In this document: piece after piece, positions 34,857-44,387 of the stretch
Layout of the letters: each line of letters begins with the position of its first letter
Numbering within the stretch: the first letter of the stretch is position 1
IMG/VR virus record: IMGVR_UViG_2508501001_000004
Span: 18,187 to 82,186 of that record
Source of the DNA: a virus
Lineage: Duplodnaviria > Caudoviricetes
Length of the DNA stretch: 64,000 bases
Direction: 5' to 3' (one strand)
Notes under the pieces: generated by a model
The model's input: the letters and a program-made list of their open reading frames with translations, nothing else
Database searches by the model: none
What the model was told of the DNA's origin: nothing
Position numbers and translations under genes: made by a program

Positions 34857-35813
34857 TTACGCTATCTTATGGACAAACTGAACTATACGGATATTCTTAT
34901 TCTCATATACTCTCTCCCAATTATCCGGGGTTTCCAACTCTGCGTTAGTGGGGGATACCCCTGTCACTGAATCCTCCGTCCATTTTACGCCCCGTGGGTG
35001 CAGGATAAAATGCTGCCGGTTGACAAGAATATCGTCGCCCTGCAGGCTGTCGCGATCCGTTTCCGTGGGTACTGGTGCAGCCCCATTGCCAAAACCGATC
35101 GCCCCTGGTCCAAACAGGTAAGTAGTGTAGACACCGGCTGCATTGGGGTGTCCATCGTCCACGAGAACCCGCTTGCCCAGGTAAGCGGCAAAAGCAGCGC
35201 CGGTCACAGGGTCTTTCTGCCATTCAATCAACTGGTCCTTCAGCAGTTTGCTGTAAACGGCGCTGTGCATAGAGAAGGCTGTAAGCTTGTCGGCGGCGTC
35301 TCCAAGCTTCTGTTGGGCGTCAACGGTCGTGGTTGCGCTAATGACGGCAGCAGAGCCGGCAGCTCCGGAAATGTCATGCTTGTTGCCGGCCATACTAGGC
35401 GTTGCAAATACACCTTTCAATGTACTGAACAGCATTTTCTGGCGATCCCTGTTCCACCATGCCGCCACAAGATCAGCAATAGCCCGAAGGGGATCGTCCC
35501 CAGACAGAGCTTTGGCAAGGTCGTTGGCCCCCCACGCTTTGCCCCTGGTATGCAATCGAGACATATCTTTGGCAGCGACAATGTGATTTACCGATAAAGG
35601 GGTTGTATCGCTAAGGATTTCAGAGTCACCTGTTAGGTCGTTCCAGAACGGCATATTAAGGATGGTTCCTCCGGTTGCCGCAAGTTCGTCCAATTGCGAA
35701 TCCGGAACAACAATCCCAGATTGCACCAAGGCCGAAAGTTCTGCTGTGCGTTGAATTAAATAAGGGTTAAATACTTCGGGGACGATCACGTCCGCTATAC
35801 GTGTTGCTGGCAT
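34857..35813 (-). CDS. Major capsid protein
   Basis: TRIADVIVPEVF, MPFWNDLTG, RGKAWGANDLA, RQHFILHPRG, NWERVYENKNI. Confidence 0.92.
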   Translation of the reverse strand: MPATRIADVIVPEVFNPYLIQRTAELSALVQSGIVVPDSQLDELAATGGTILNMPFWNDLTGDSEILSDTTPLSVNHIVAAKDMSRLHTRGKAWGANDLAKALSGDDPLRAIADLVAAWWNRDRQKMLFSTLKGVFATPSMAGNKHDISGAAGSAAVISATTTVDAQQKLGDAADKLTAFSMHSAVYSKLLKDQLIEWQKDPVTGAAFAAYLGKRVLVDDGHPNAAGVYTTYLFGPGAIGFGNGAAPVPTETDRDSLQGDDILVNRQHFILHPRGVKWTEDSVTGVSPTNAELETPDNWERVYENKNIRIVQFVHKIA

Positions 35814-35838
35814 GTTAACATCACCTCATAAGTTATTT

Positions 35839-36480
35839 TTATTGTTTAGCTATAGCCTGGAGTTGCTTTGCTAGATCGGGATTATCCCGCAGGAGTCGGC
35901 CTTGCTCCGTCAAATTAAAGGTTTCCTTCTTCCATGGATTGACCTGACCATCTCCGCTTTTATGCCTCTTACTTTCATGAGGTTGAGCCCCTTTGAATTG
36001 GGGGTCTGCCGGATCCTTCTTCTCGACAAACAAAAAAGCCTTGCTTTCCCGCAGGGCTTTGAGTTGATCGTCTAATCCTGATTTAATAGTCCCATCCTCA
36101 TTAACATCAATTTTGGTTTTATCAAGAAGTGTGGAAATCAAATCCGGGTCGTGAGCATCACCGGCCACAGAAAGCTTAATTGCCGTCGAGATGGACATAT
36201 CCCGCAGCTTCGCCTGGTACTCTTCCTCCTTTTTCTTATTGTCTTTTTGAAGCTGCTCAATTTGACCTTTAAGGGTTTCGTTGTCTCCGGCAGACTTCTT
36301 TAGATCGGCCAGCTGCCCATCCCGTTCCTTCAACGCTTCTTCGGATTTCTTTTTTGCCTCGTTGACCTCGTCAAAACGAACCTTGGGAATATATCCTTTG
36401 AGCTCTTCCTGAGATGCCTGAGCGGCTTTCTCTGCTTGCTCTTCGCTCAACCCTAAAGCGACAAATTGTTCTTTAGTCAT
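35839..36480 (-). CDS. Capsid scaffolding protein (Phage_GP20-like)
   Basis: YIPKVRFDEVNEAKK, LRESKAFLF, NPWKKETFNLTEQG. Confidence 0.85.
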   Translation of the reverse strand: MTKEQFVALGLSEEQAEKAAQASQEELKGYIPKVRFDEVNEAKKKSEEALKERDGQLADLKKSAGDNETLKGQIEQLQKDNKKKEEEYQAKLRDMSISTAIKLSVAGDAHDPDLISTLLDKTKIDVNEDGTIKSGLDDQLKALRESKAFLFVEKKDPADPQFKGAQPHESKRHKSGDGQVNPWKKETFNLTEQGRLLRDNPDLAKQLQAIAKQ

Positions 36481-36484
36481 TTTA

Positions 36485-36575
36485 TATCCGTCCTCTCATC
36501 TTCACTTTTAACCCGGTCGTGTCCGGTGATGACTTTGTAGTTAACGCCCAAAATTCCAAAATGGCGGCATAATAA
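36485..36575 (-). promoter_or_regulatory. Structured leader upstream of scaffold gene (GP20-type RNA motif candidate)
   Basis: TCATC/GATGA stem enclosing CCGG/CCGG hairpin and TAAAA loop, next to the RBS. Confidence 0.35.
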
Positions 36576-36661
36576 AAGACACCTCGTCACAGGTGCCAAA
36601 TCTGGTATAATTTTCTTATCAGCACTTACTCGCTGAATATCTAGGAAAGGAGAACTTTCAT

Positions 36662-36894
36662 ATGGGCAAAAATCAATGGGTGTCGCCCAGAGGTAATGGA
36701 AAATGGGGCGTTCATGGCGAAGGTAACGAGCGCGATACTAAACAATTTGAAAACAAAAAGATGCCATTGACTATGGCAAAGCCATTGCCAAGAATCAGGG
36801 CTCAGAATTAATTATTCAAGGCGGAAACGGTAGAATTCAGTCAAAAGACAGCTACGGCAAGGACCCCAATCCTCCCAAAGATACCGAGCACTAA
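36662..36894 (+). pseudogene. DUF2188-family gene with 1-nt frameshift
   Basis: MGKNQWVSPRGNGKWGVHGEGN... continues in a shifted frame as DAIDYGKAIAKNQGSELIIQ...SYGKDPNPPKD; A5 run at 36755-36759; 233 nt. Confidence 0.7.
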
Positions 36895-37040
36895 TCGTAT
36901 GTTGGCGTCATTCTTACCCTAAAGCCATCGCTTACATCTACATCCTCATTTGTGATTGCGGCAATGGTTTTAGGGTTTTCTTCATCGGTTTCAATTACAA
37001 TTTTTGTGAACTGATTTGATAGAACTCTAAAATCCTCCAT
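36891..37040 (-). CDS. 49-aa hypothetical protein
   Basis: MEDFRVLSNQFTKIVIETDEENPKTIAAITNEDV; RBS GGAGAGGAGGG. Confidence 0.55.
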   Translation of the reverse strand: MEDFRVLSNQFTKIVIETDEENPKTIAAITNEDVDVSDGFRVRMTPTYD

Positions 37041-37097
37041 ATTTGCTCCCTCCTCTCCTGAAATAAAAATACCACCTATCGAAACCGATAGATGGCT

Positions 37098-37325
37098 TTA
37101 ACCGTTTTCAATTAATCGCATGGCCTTAGCTCCAGAAATTTCATCCGCTCTAAATACCATGTCCGAGCTTCCAATGCCGTCTCCGTCATATCCCATGACC
37201 CTATCCATCAACAGATTATCATTGTCCACGATCCAGCCTTTTTCTTTGTCATGTAGATACGGCACAAAGTCCTCTATCTTGCCAACCTGATTCAGGTCAG
37301 TCAAATAATAATAAGTTGTGTCCAT
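37098..37325 (-). CDS. Probable immunity protein for MuF toxin (IapK-like position)
   Basis: 75 aa acidic ORF starting 4 nt after toxin stop. Confidence 0.6.
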   Translation of the reverse strand: MDTTYYYLTDLNQVGKIEDFVPYLHDKEKGWIVDNDNLLMDRVMGYDGDGIGSSDMVFRADEISGAKAMRLIENG

Positions 37326-37329
37326 TATC

Positions 37330-39126
37330 TCACCTCAGCGTTTCTATTCCATCCGGGACTTTAAGATTCTTGGATAGCTCATTCATCTGCCTTGAGAGCT
37401 TCACGGCTTCGGGATCAGCCTTGTTCTTCATGAGCCTCCATTTTTCATACAGGCTGTGCATCTCTCCATTTTTGAGCTTAAAGCTTTCCGGTGTATGATA
37501 CTGAACCTCAAACTTTTGCCCATTTGGAGATTGGTAAGTGCAGTTAATGCCCTTGTAGGGATTCGCCTTAACCGGCCAGGTGTTCTTGAGTTTTACGAGA
37601 GAATAACCTTTCTTAGCCAGCGCCTGATTCACCACGGCATATTGACCTACCAACTTACTATGGGGAGCCTGATAAGTATAGCGGATCACATCGTTAGTCC
37701 CTGAGATAGTATTGTCAATAACCTGAGGGCTCAAGCTCTCCTTACTATCCATGTTGACCTTGCGCAAGTAGGATTCTTTGCTTTTGATCCGATAATCAAG
37801 CCCAACCATTTCAGTTTTAGTAGCTTCAGAGACTTCTTTCAAGTCCTTGGTTATGCCCGGTTCCTTGGCAATAATCTTATCGTAAGCATTCAGCTTTCGG
37901 TAATCCGCCTTAAGGGTGCCCCACTTCTCAGCTTCAGTATACTTCAAATCCCTGAAGTCATCAAAGGTTTTCGGCGCATCTTTGCCGAGAATCTTTTTAT
38001 AACGAGCGTACTGCTCTTGATCCGAGTAGACATTAGCAGCCTTTTTCTGCATAATCTCAGTTTGGCCTTGACCATACTTATCTACAACATGCTTCTTGTA
38101 CCATTCAGGATAAGTCATATTTTCAGAAACGGTATAGGTTTCTCGTGTCTTCGGGTCCCGGGCTATTCTCTCGCCGATACCTTCATCATCGTCGAAATAG
38201 GGGACTGTTGTACAACGACAATGGCAATGAATTGGCGGATTATTTATACCAATTTCCTGCTCAGATATCTTAAAGACTTTCCCGTCAAGTCCTTGACAGA
38301 TTTCACATGTGCCTCCCTTTTTGGTTCCAAGTTCTAGCGTTGCTAGAAATTCATACCGATCAACAACACCGCTTTCACTATAGCTGTTCATTGTGGCCTG
38401 CTCAACAAAAAATGCTGTCTCTGTCTGCACCAGTCGGTAAGCCTTTGAGTAGGACACATTCATTCTCTTGGCCAGATCCTGAGTCGTTCGGTCAATGCTA
38501 TCACCACGAATAAATGATTGAGATAGCTTGGTGTACAACTCTTGCTTCAGCTTGTCTCGATCGTTCCATATCCGTTGTGACCAGTTCGCTCCATCAAGCT
38601 TGGCTTTAAGGACCGTTTCCAGACCTTTATGGTCTACACGAGCAAAAGAGACTCCTATGCCTGTGCCTGACTGAATCTCAAAAAGGGTTCGGTAATACGT
38701 GTCAGTATAGGCGCTACCCAAGAGATCCCCGGTACCCTGCTGCTTACTCCCGGCCAGCATCTCGACTTGTTGATTGATCTGCATTTGTAGGGCTTCAAAA
38801 CGGCTGACCCGGGTACGGTAGTATGCATTGTCTAGCTGTTGCGTCCAGCGACCGTCCGCATTATCTTTGGCCTTTTCCATGAATTCTTCAAGTGTCCATC
38901 GAAACTCCTTTAGCTCCTTAGCGTTGAGTTGCCGCTTTGCTTCGGCCAGATCGACAATGCCATTGTTATCGGCATAGCGCTGGTAGAAAACTTCTATGTC
39001 ACGCTGGATAGATCGAATAGCCCGATCGTATTCTTTGCGAAGGGCTTTTGTATACTCATCCGCCTTGTCAAATTGACTTTGGGCCAGCTGCTCAAAACGC
39101 TTCTGCCAATACTCTGCCGGCTTCAT
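37330..39126 (-). CDS. MuF (SPP1 gp7-like) minor head protein fused to RelA/SpoT-like nucleotidyltransferase toxin (Apk2-like)
   Basis: MuF PPIHCHCRCT; C-terminal RIKSKESYLRK, DVIRYT, YKGIN, FEVQYHT, HSLYE. Confidence 0.85.
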   Translation of the reverse strand: MKPAEYWQKRFEQLAQSQFDKADEYTKALRKEYDRAIRSIQRDIEVFYQRYADNNGIVDLAEAKRQLNAKELKEFRWTLEEFMEKAKDNADGRWTQQLDNAYYRTRVSRFEALQMQINQQVEMLAGSKQQGTGDLLGSAYTDTYYRTLFEIQSGTGIGVSFARVDHKGLETVLKAKLDGANWSQRIWNDRDKLKQELYTKLSQSFIRGDSIDRTTQDLAKRMNVSYSKAYRLVQTETAFFVEQATMNSYSESGVVDRYEFLATLELGTKKGGTCEICQGLDGKVFKISEQEIGINNPPIHCHCRCTTVPYFDDDEGIGERIARDPKTRETYTVSENMTYPEWYKKHVVDKYGQGQTEIMQKKAANVYSDQEQYARYKKILGKDAPKTFDDFRDLKYTEAEKWGTLKADYRKLNAYDKIIAKEPGITKDLKEVSEATKTEMVGLDYRIKSKESYLRKVNMDSKESLSPQVIDNTISGTNDVIRYTYQAPHSKLVGQYAVVNQALAKKGYSLVKLKNTWPVKANPYKGINCTYQSPNGQKFEVQYHTPESFKLKNGEMHSLYEKWRLMKNKADPEAVKLSRQMNELSKNLKVPDGIETLR

Positions 39127-39335
39127 TCGGTCTCACTCGTTTCCGGACAAACACAGAAGCCCATTACATTGGTATCATTTTCAGGGCAGCTCCCATTATT
39201 AACGGCTTCGATCAAACCGGAAACTGCGTCAAATGATTCCTTGTCAATGAGCCCTTGTTCAACTTGGTTTATCAGGCCATCACAAGCCTTTTGGATCAGG
39301 CTATTAATCTTCGCTTCCGTCATCTTTTCCAACAT
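39123..39335 (-). CDS. Small hypothetical protein
   Basis: 70 aa between portal and MuF, coupled by overlaps. Confidence 0.55.
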   Translation of the reverse strand: MLEKMTEAKINSLIQKACDGLINQVEQGLIDKESFDAVSGLIEAVNNGSCPENDTNVMGFCVCPETSETE

Positions 39336-40788
39336 TATTCTCACCCCCTAATCCCGGATAATCGCTAAGGCTTTCTTCTCTCTCTTCTTTAACCCGTTTT
39401 AATTCATCCTTGGCATCCGTTACCCAGGGGTGATTTGATATGACCGTCTCATCGGAGATAATTCCCACGCTATTCTTAGCATTCGTGATTGTATCCGTTT
39501 CGTTCATCAAGATGTCGCGATTTAGGATAAAATCAACGGTTTCCTCCGAGAAATCCTGCCTTGCTGTATTAGCGATATGCTGATCAATAAACCATCTCAA
39601 TTGCTCTAATCCGGCCTGGAATTCCGCCTCAAAATCGTTAGCATCCATGTCCAAGTCCGAATAAAGGAACTTTAAAGCAATGCCGGAAGGGCTATTCCCA
39701 AATTTGTCAGACTGGGTGTCCACACCGCGTCCGAATTCGTAAATATCCTTCCGGTCCATCTCCATGTGATTTTTGTAGGCTTCTGTATTGATTTCCAGGC
39801 TCTTGGTCTCTAACCCGCCATCTTCCGTGACCTTAACAGCTCGATATACGGACAAGTTATGCCGGAATTCGCCCAGATCCGTGCCATCATAATCTTTGAT
39901 CACATAAATACTATTGGGTAAATCGTCAAGATCGTTGGAATTGCTTGATTTTCGCTTGTCATAATCATCAACGAGAGATTTAACATCTTTAATCAAAGGA
40001 ACCTCATCATCGTTGTACTTAAAACAAATAAAGGGAATGCGCTCCCAGTTGTAAAGCTTTTCCCCGGGCTTCCCGCCCTCTGCCTTATTCACAAGGAGTC
40101 TAAAATGGCTATCCCATTCCCCCTGTTCAAAATCGGGTGTAAGCTGATCATCGGACAGAATATATCTCTTCACGCCACTGGTATCCCAAAACTCTACTTT
40201 AGTTACAATCGTTTTGGTAATCCCGAGGTACGTTTCTACTTCATAGATCCGTATCAGGGCATCAAGCATCGTATGTTCAGTATCACGCCAAAGGGGGATG
40301 ATCTCCTCTGCAGGGATTCGCTTAAGCGAAAGAAGTCCCTGGTCATTGTAATAGATGTGGAGCCACGCTTTTCCCTTGATAATGGCCTCTTTACCCAAGT
40401 TCTTGAGTGCTTGTAGAAAGGCCTTGTTAAAATACTTCTGCAAAAGCTCTTGGTATGCCGTGTTATCTGTCTGAATAGATAGAGGCTTGGATAAAAGGTA
40501 CCCGACTTTCTGCTTTACCAGCTTCTTTAGGAAGTTATGAACAAGCTTATTGTTTGCTAAATTCTTATCCTCAACCAATTGACCGCCTTCGCCGATCACC
40601 AAGCGCTTTCGTCGTAGGATATCCGGATTATTGGCATAATACCTCTGCCCGACGTACATCCAACCTAGTTCTTCTGATGCCTTCCATTCGCTGATCTCTA
40701 GTTTGATGATTTCCTCAAGGTTCATAGCCGTCCGGGATCCGGCTTTTATAATTGTGGCTATTCGCTCATTCTCTGTGATGATAGGCAA
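39304..40788 (-). CDS. Portal protein, SPP1 gp6-like
   Basis: KVGYLLSKP, IPFICFKYN, SGIALKFLYSDLD, NHPWVTD. Confidence 0.92.
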   Translation of the reverse strand: MPIITENERIATIIKAGSRTAMNLEEIIKLEISEWKASEELGWMYVGQRYYANNPDILRRKRLVIGEGGQLVEDKNLANNKLVHNFLKKLVKQKVGYLLSKPLSIQTDNTAYQELLQKYFNKAFLQALKNLGKEAIIKGKAWLHIYYNDQGLLSLKRIPAEEIIPLWRDTEHTMLDALIRIYEVETYLGITKTIVTKVEFWDTSGVKRYILSDDQLTPDFEQGEWDSHFRLLVNKAEGGKPGEKLYNWERIPFICFKYNDDEVPLIKDVKSLVDDYDKRKSSNSNDLDDLPNSIYVIKDYDGTDLGEFRHNLSVYRAVKVTEDGGLETKSLEINTEAYKNHMEMDRKDIYEFGRGVDTQSDKFGNSPSGIALKFLYSDLDMDANDFEAEFQAGLEQLRWFIDQHIANTARQDFSEETVDFILNRDILMNETDTITNAKNSVGIISDETVISNHPWVTDAKDELKRVKEEREESLSDYPGLGGENNVGKDDGSED

Positions 40789-40807
40789 TTCTTTTCACCT
40801 CTTTTCC

Positions 40808-42076
40808 TCAATCGAAATAGACCCCGGGTTTATGGAACAATATGGTATTGACAAAATACCGATCTGCATCCATGCAGTGGTCATTCAGCTTAGCCGGCTT
40901 ATCTTCTCCACGCTCTGCCGCCTTTTCGTCCCAGACGTAAGAGAAGAATTCCCGAAACGTATTAAGGCAGGAGTCATTATAAAGAATCAGCTCGTCGCTT
41001 AGCGCCGTAGCTACATTCCGGATACCCTCCAGTACATCGTTCTTGGCATTCTTGACCTTGAACTTACCGTGCTTCTTAATCGTGGCAATAAAAGAAGCAG
41101 CGCTCGGATCCACGATCACTGCCTTAACCTTTATATCCCCTATGAATTTCTCAAGATCCTGATAGAACTCTTCATCTGTCTTCTGCTTTCCTTTGTCCCT
41201 TCCGGAATAATAGTACTCTTTAACCTTATACCATTTCCCTGAGTATTTTCCCCAAAGGCTGAAGGTTGTCGGGTTCTGGGTACCATAGTCACCGCTAACA
41301 TAGAACATCGTGTACTTTCGATCAACTGCTGGGACCTTATGCCGCACCTCATCGAACATGTCATATATGACGCCTTCAGCCATAACCCAAAGGCCAAGAA
41401 TGTAACGCTTGAAAAATACCCCAGAGAACATCCGGCGGAACCGATCTTTGACCTTCTGAGATAACGAATAGTTATCATCCATGGTGAAGTGCAGATAATA
41501 AATAAGTTTTTCAAAACGCTTATCAATAAATTCCGTCTTGATATAATGATACGGCCCTTTAGGGTTACAGTTAAGGAATATTTTTGCCCCATCCACAGAG
41601 CAGCGGCCAATCATCTGGTCTACAAACGATTTCGGGAACAGGGCGACTTCATCAGCCAGCGCTCCCGCTGCGGTTAAGCCCTGAAGGACATCCTGAGACG
41701 CTTCATTATTGGCGCCAAAGCAGTAATAAGTGTTAGTGCCAATGACAATAAAGTGCTCTGATCGGTTGTACTCGTATTTGATTCCCCAAGCCTCAAGTAT
41801 CTGAAACATGGGCTTGAGAACGTTCCGTTTAAGTGCCCCAATACTTTTCCCGGCAAGAACAAAGCCTTCTCCTTCAAAGGTCTTCATGGACCAGCGGAGG
41901 AAGCTGCAGATCATGGCTATGGTTTTTCCAGAACGTATGGCACCATCAGCAATAACAATGTCTTTATCTTTGTGAGGGGATCCATCCTCCCACCAATAAA
42001 GCAACTTTTTCTGTTTGGGTGAGAAGGGTTTGAAGTCGAAAGCTTTAGTCTTCTTTTTGAATATCTTCCATGCCAT
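40808..42076 (-). CDS. terL: Terminase large subunit, PBSX family
   Basis: DGAIRSGKT Walker A, ADEVAL, DYGTQNPT, VDPSAASF, DHCMDADRY. Confidence 0.93.
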   Translation of the reverse strand: MAWKIFKKKTKAFDFKPFSPKQKKLLYWWEDGSPHKDKDIVIADGAIRSGKTIAMICSFLRWSMKTFEGEGFVLAGKSIGALKRNVLKPMFQILEAWGIKYEYNRSEHFIVIGTNTYYCFGANNEASQDVLQGLTAAGALADEVALFPKSFVDQMIGRCSVDGAKIFLNCNPKGPYHYIKTEFIDKRFEKLIYYLHFTMDDNYSLSQKVKDRFRRMFSGVFFKRYILGLWVMAEGVIYDMFDEVRHKVPAVDRKYTMFYVSGDYGTQNPTTFSLWGKYSGKWYKVKEYYYSGRDKGKQKTDEEFYQDLEKFIGDIKVKAVIVDPSAASFIATIKKHGKFKVKNAKNDVLEGIRNVATALSDELILYNDSCLNTFREFFSYVWDEKAAERGEDKPAKLNDHCMDADRYFVNTILFHKPGVYFD

Positions 42077-42881
42077 CGCTATCGCCCTCTTCATTTTCAA
42101 ACAATGCAGCTATCTCTGCTTCGCTCATCTTGGTTGCTTTAATAAAGCTATTGATTCCCTCCTGATCATTGCCCTGGCCGCCACCCTTCATGATGTCAAT
42201 CTCGGTTTTAAGCTTCGAAATGCGTAGTTCCTGCTCTTCCGTCGCCAGGCCAGATTTAAGTAGCTCATCATATTGCTTGATCATGCTGCGAAGCTCTCCC
42301 ATAGCCCGTGATTGAGCTTTAAGGAACGTGGCTTGACGATCCCAGGCAAACTGGAATTCATATTCGTACTCAGTTTCTTGGGAGGTGGAATTCGTCTTTG
42401 CAGTACTTCTGTCGGTTGTTTTTTCATAAGAACGCTTAAGCTCTTTAATCATTTCATCCTTGCCGGTTACATCCATGATCAACTGTGACCGGATAATGGC
42501 GGCATATTGAATCGTGATCTGATCCCATAGGATATCTAAAGAACTTCTGGATTTGAGGCTTTCCATCAGCTCCAACGTTTCCGCCGGCAGGTATTTAGTA
42601 AATAAGCCATGGGTCTCAGCGTTCTTGTTCCTCGCTGGAGCCCCATGGCCTTTGGCGTTTTTATTATTAGGCTGACCGCCTTGTTTGCGTTTGGAACGTT
42701 CCGTATTCTTTTGGAGCGTTCCGTTTAATTGCTCTTCCCATTTGTCTTTATTCTTCCAGCCCCGAATGGTTCCAGCAGGAAGATTTAATTGACCGGCGAT
42801 ATCGACCAGGTCTATTTTCCCCTGGTGTTCTCGGTATAGTTCGAATGCCTTCGCCCGGTCTGGGCTGCGCTCCTTTGGCAC
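42045..42881 (-). CDS. terS: Terminase small subunit
   Basis: N-terminal HTH TIRGWKNKDKW, GGQPNNKNAKGHG, KHGLF-like THGLF. Confidence 0.88.
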   Translation of the reverse strand: MPKERSPDRAKAFELYREHQGKIDLVDIAGQLNLPAGTIRGWKNKDKWEEQLNGTLQKNTERSKRKQGGQPNNKNAKGHGAPARNKNAETHGLFTKYLPAETLELMESLKSRSSLDILWDQITIQYAAIIRSQLIMDVTGKDEMIKELKRSYEKTTDRSTAKTNSTSQETEYEYEFQFAWDRQATFLKAQSRAMGELRSMIKQYDELLKSGLATEEQELRISKLKTEIDIMKGGGQGNDQEGINSFIKATKMSEAEIAALFENEEGDSDGMEDIQKED

Positions 42882-42945
42882 ATCACCTCACCTGCCGTCT
42901 GTCTCTTTGTTTGTTTTGGGTATAAGAAAAAGAGCCCGAAGGCTC

Positions 42946-43467
42946 TTAGTTAAATAATTCTGGTTTCATCTTTTTAATTACATCCAGGGCCAAAGCACAG
43001 TACGCTATTTCCTTTGCTCTTTTGGTAGTTCTAAGATGACTTATAAACAAAAATATTGTGGCTGCTATTGCTAAATAGCTCAATAAAAAAATAGATTGAA
43101 GCGGCAAAACATCAAAAAATATTGTTGTAGCAGTAGCGAATACAGCCAAACAAGCAATACAGCTATTTGTAAAGTTTCCCGAATCGTCATTTTCCAATGC
43201 TTCTTTTCGTAAAGATAAACGATCCTTTTCTTCTTGCAAACCCTCAGGTGACAGGTTTGTATAATTACGGTTAAGAATACTTCTAATATCCGAAAACTTT
43301 AATCCCTTTTCCTTCTTTAGCTGTTTGCACATGTAATTGATTAATGTTTTGTCATTAATCGGAAACAAATTAAACAAGTAAACATCCTCCCTTTTAAGAA
43401 AACATTCGGCAAAAAGGAGAAATATTCCTGCTAATTTTAACGTTACCCCTTCATTCTCTCGCATCAC
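42946..43467 (-). CDS. Two-TM moron protein
   Basis: AT-rich; two hydrophobic segments near the C-terminus; true start uncertain. Confidence 0.6.
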   Translation of the reverse strand: MMRENEGVTLKLAGIFLLFAECFLKREDVYLFNLFPINDKTLINYMCKQLKKEKGLKFSDIRSILNRNYTNLSPEGLQEEKDRLSLRKEALENDDSGNFTNSCIACLAVFATATTIFFDVLPLQSIFLLSYLAIAATIFLFISHLRTTKRAKEIAYCALALDVIKKMKPELFN

Positions 43468-43557
43468 CCAATCCCGAACATCTCATGGACATGCTGAATA
43501 GTATAAATCAAGAAACCTCTCAATCTTATAGGAATCTAAGATAAAGAGGTGAAGTAT

Positions 43558-43671
43558 ATGATCTTAGCATTGTCTATAATTATTTTTTTACTGCTAGTAA
43601 TTATTGGGGTACTATTCTGGCTTTGGATACCGACCGCGCCTCCGCCATGTCGCAGAAGATTGTTATTTTAA
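43558..43671 (+). CDS. 37-aa hydrophobic peptide with basic tail
   Basis: MILALSIIIFLLLVIIGVLFWLWIPTAPPPCRRRLLF; RBS AAGAGGTGA. Confidence 0.55.
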   Translation: MILALSIIIFLLLVIIGVLFWLWIPTAPPPCRRRLLF

Positions 43672-43701
43672 CAAGTTTTAGCCTAGGTGTTATTGCCTAG
43701 G

Positions 43702-43908
43702 CTAAAACATTGTGCCCGATATACCCTTATTCGTCCGCATCAGCCGGTCAAGTGCTTTAAACCTCGGACTCTCCTCATACAGCTCATTAAGCTCATCCTT
43801 GACCCGGCAAGTCACGCCATCGTAGTTGCCACAGGTGCCGCAATTGGCTGCGGACCGTTTATCTTTCGGAGTAAATCCAACACATTCAAATGCTGGCAAT
43901 TGCATCAC
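43702..43908 (-). CDS. Small Cys-rich hypothetical protein
   Basis: CGTCGNY...C motif; paralog remnant at 2032-2160. Confidence 0.6.
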   Translation of the reverse strand: MMQLPAFECVGFTPKDKRSAANCGTCGNYDGVTCRVKDELNELYEESPRFKALDRLMRTNKGISGTMF

Positions 43909-43984
43909 CGCCTAACACAAATAAATAAAGCGAGCCGGATGCGCTCTCATTGTCGAGAACGTCCTGCTCGCTTTTTTCACTGAT

Positions 43985-44040
43985 ACTATTTTATCACAGG
44001 TGAATCCAAAAAAGTGTGCAAAGTTTTTGCAAAGATTTAA
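43985..44040 (-). promoter_or_regulatory. Putative activator-dependent late promoter
   Basis: Repeated TTTGCA and extended -10 TGTGATAAAAT upstream of the packaging genes. Confidence 0.4.
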
Positions 44041-44372
44041 TTCATATTGTTTCTGTCCTCCATAAACTTATCGAGTATCTTTCTGCTAAGCTTTCGAGAG
44101 CTTTGATAATCTTGGCTGTCTGGGTCATAGTTTGGGCCAAGCCATTCTTTTGGCGACTTGATAAGAGCATTCTTGAGCATATTAAAGGAATTATCAGCTC
44201 TCATCTTTTTGAGAAATTGAGGAGTTTCCTTTCCGCTAGTTAATTCTTGAAGTAAATTGTTGTGATCCATAATAAACATAGCCCGATAAGCAAGAAGGGC
44301 ATATCTCAATTCCTCATAGTCCGGCCTGCCTCCATCTTCTACCTCTTCGATTATCTCAAGTAGAGTTCTCAT
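44037..44372 (-). CDS. Hypothetical phage protein
   Basis: 111 aa, GGRPDYEELRYALLA...PKEWLGPNYDP. Confidence 0.7.
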   Translation of the reverse strand: MRTLLEIIEEVEDGGRPDYEELRYALLAYRAMFIMDHNNLLQELTSGKETPQFLKKMRADNSFNMLKNALIKSPKEWLGPNYDPDSQDYQSSRKLSRKILDKFMEDRNNMN

Positions 44373-44387
44373 ATTACCTCTTCCTTT

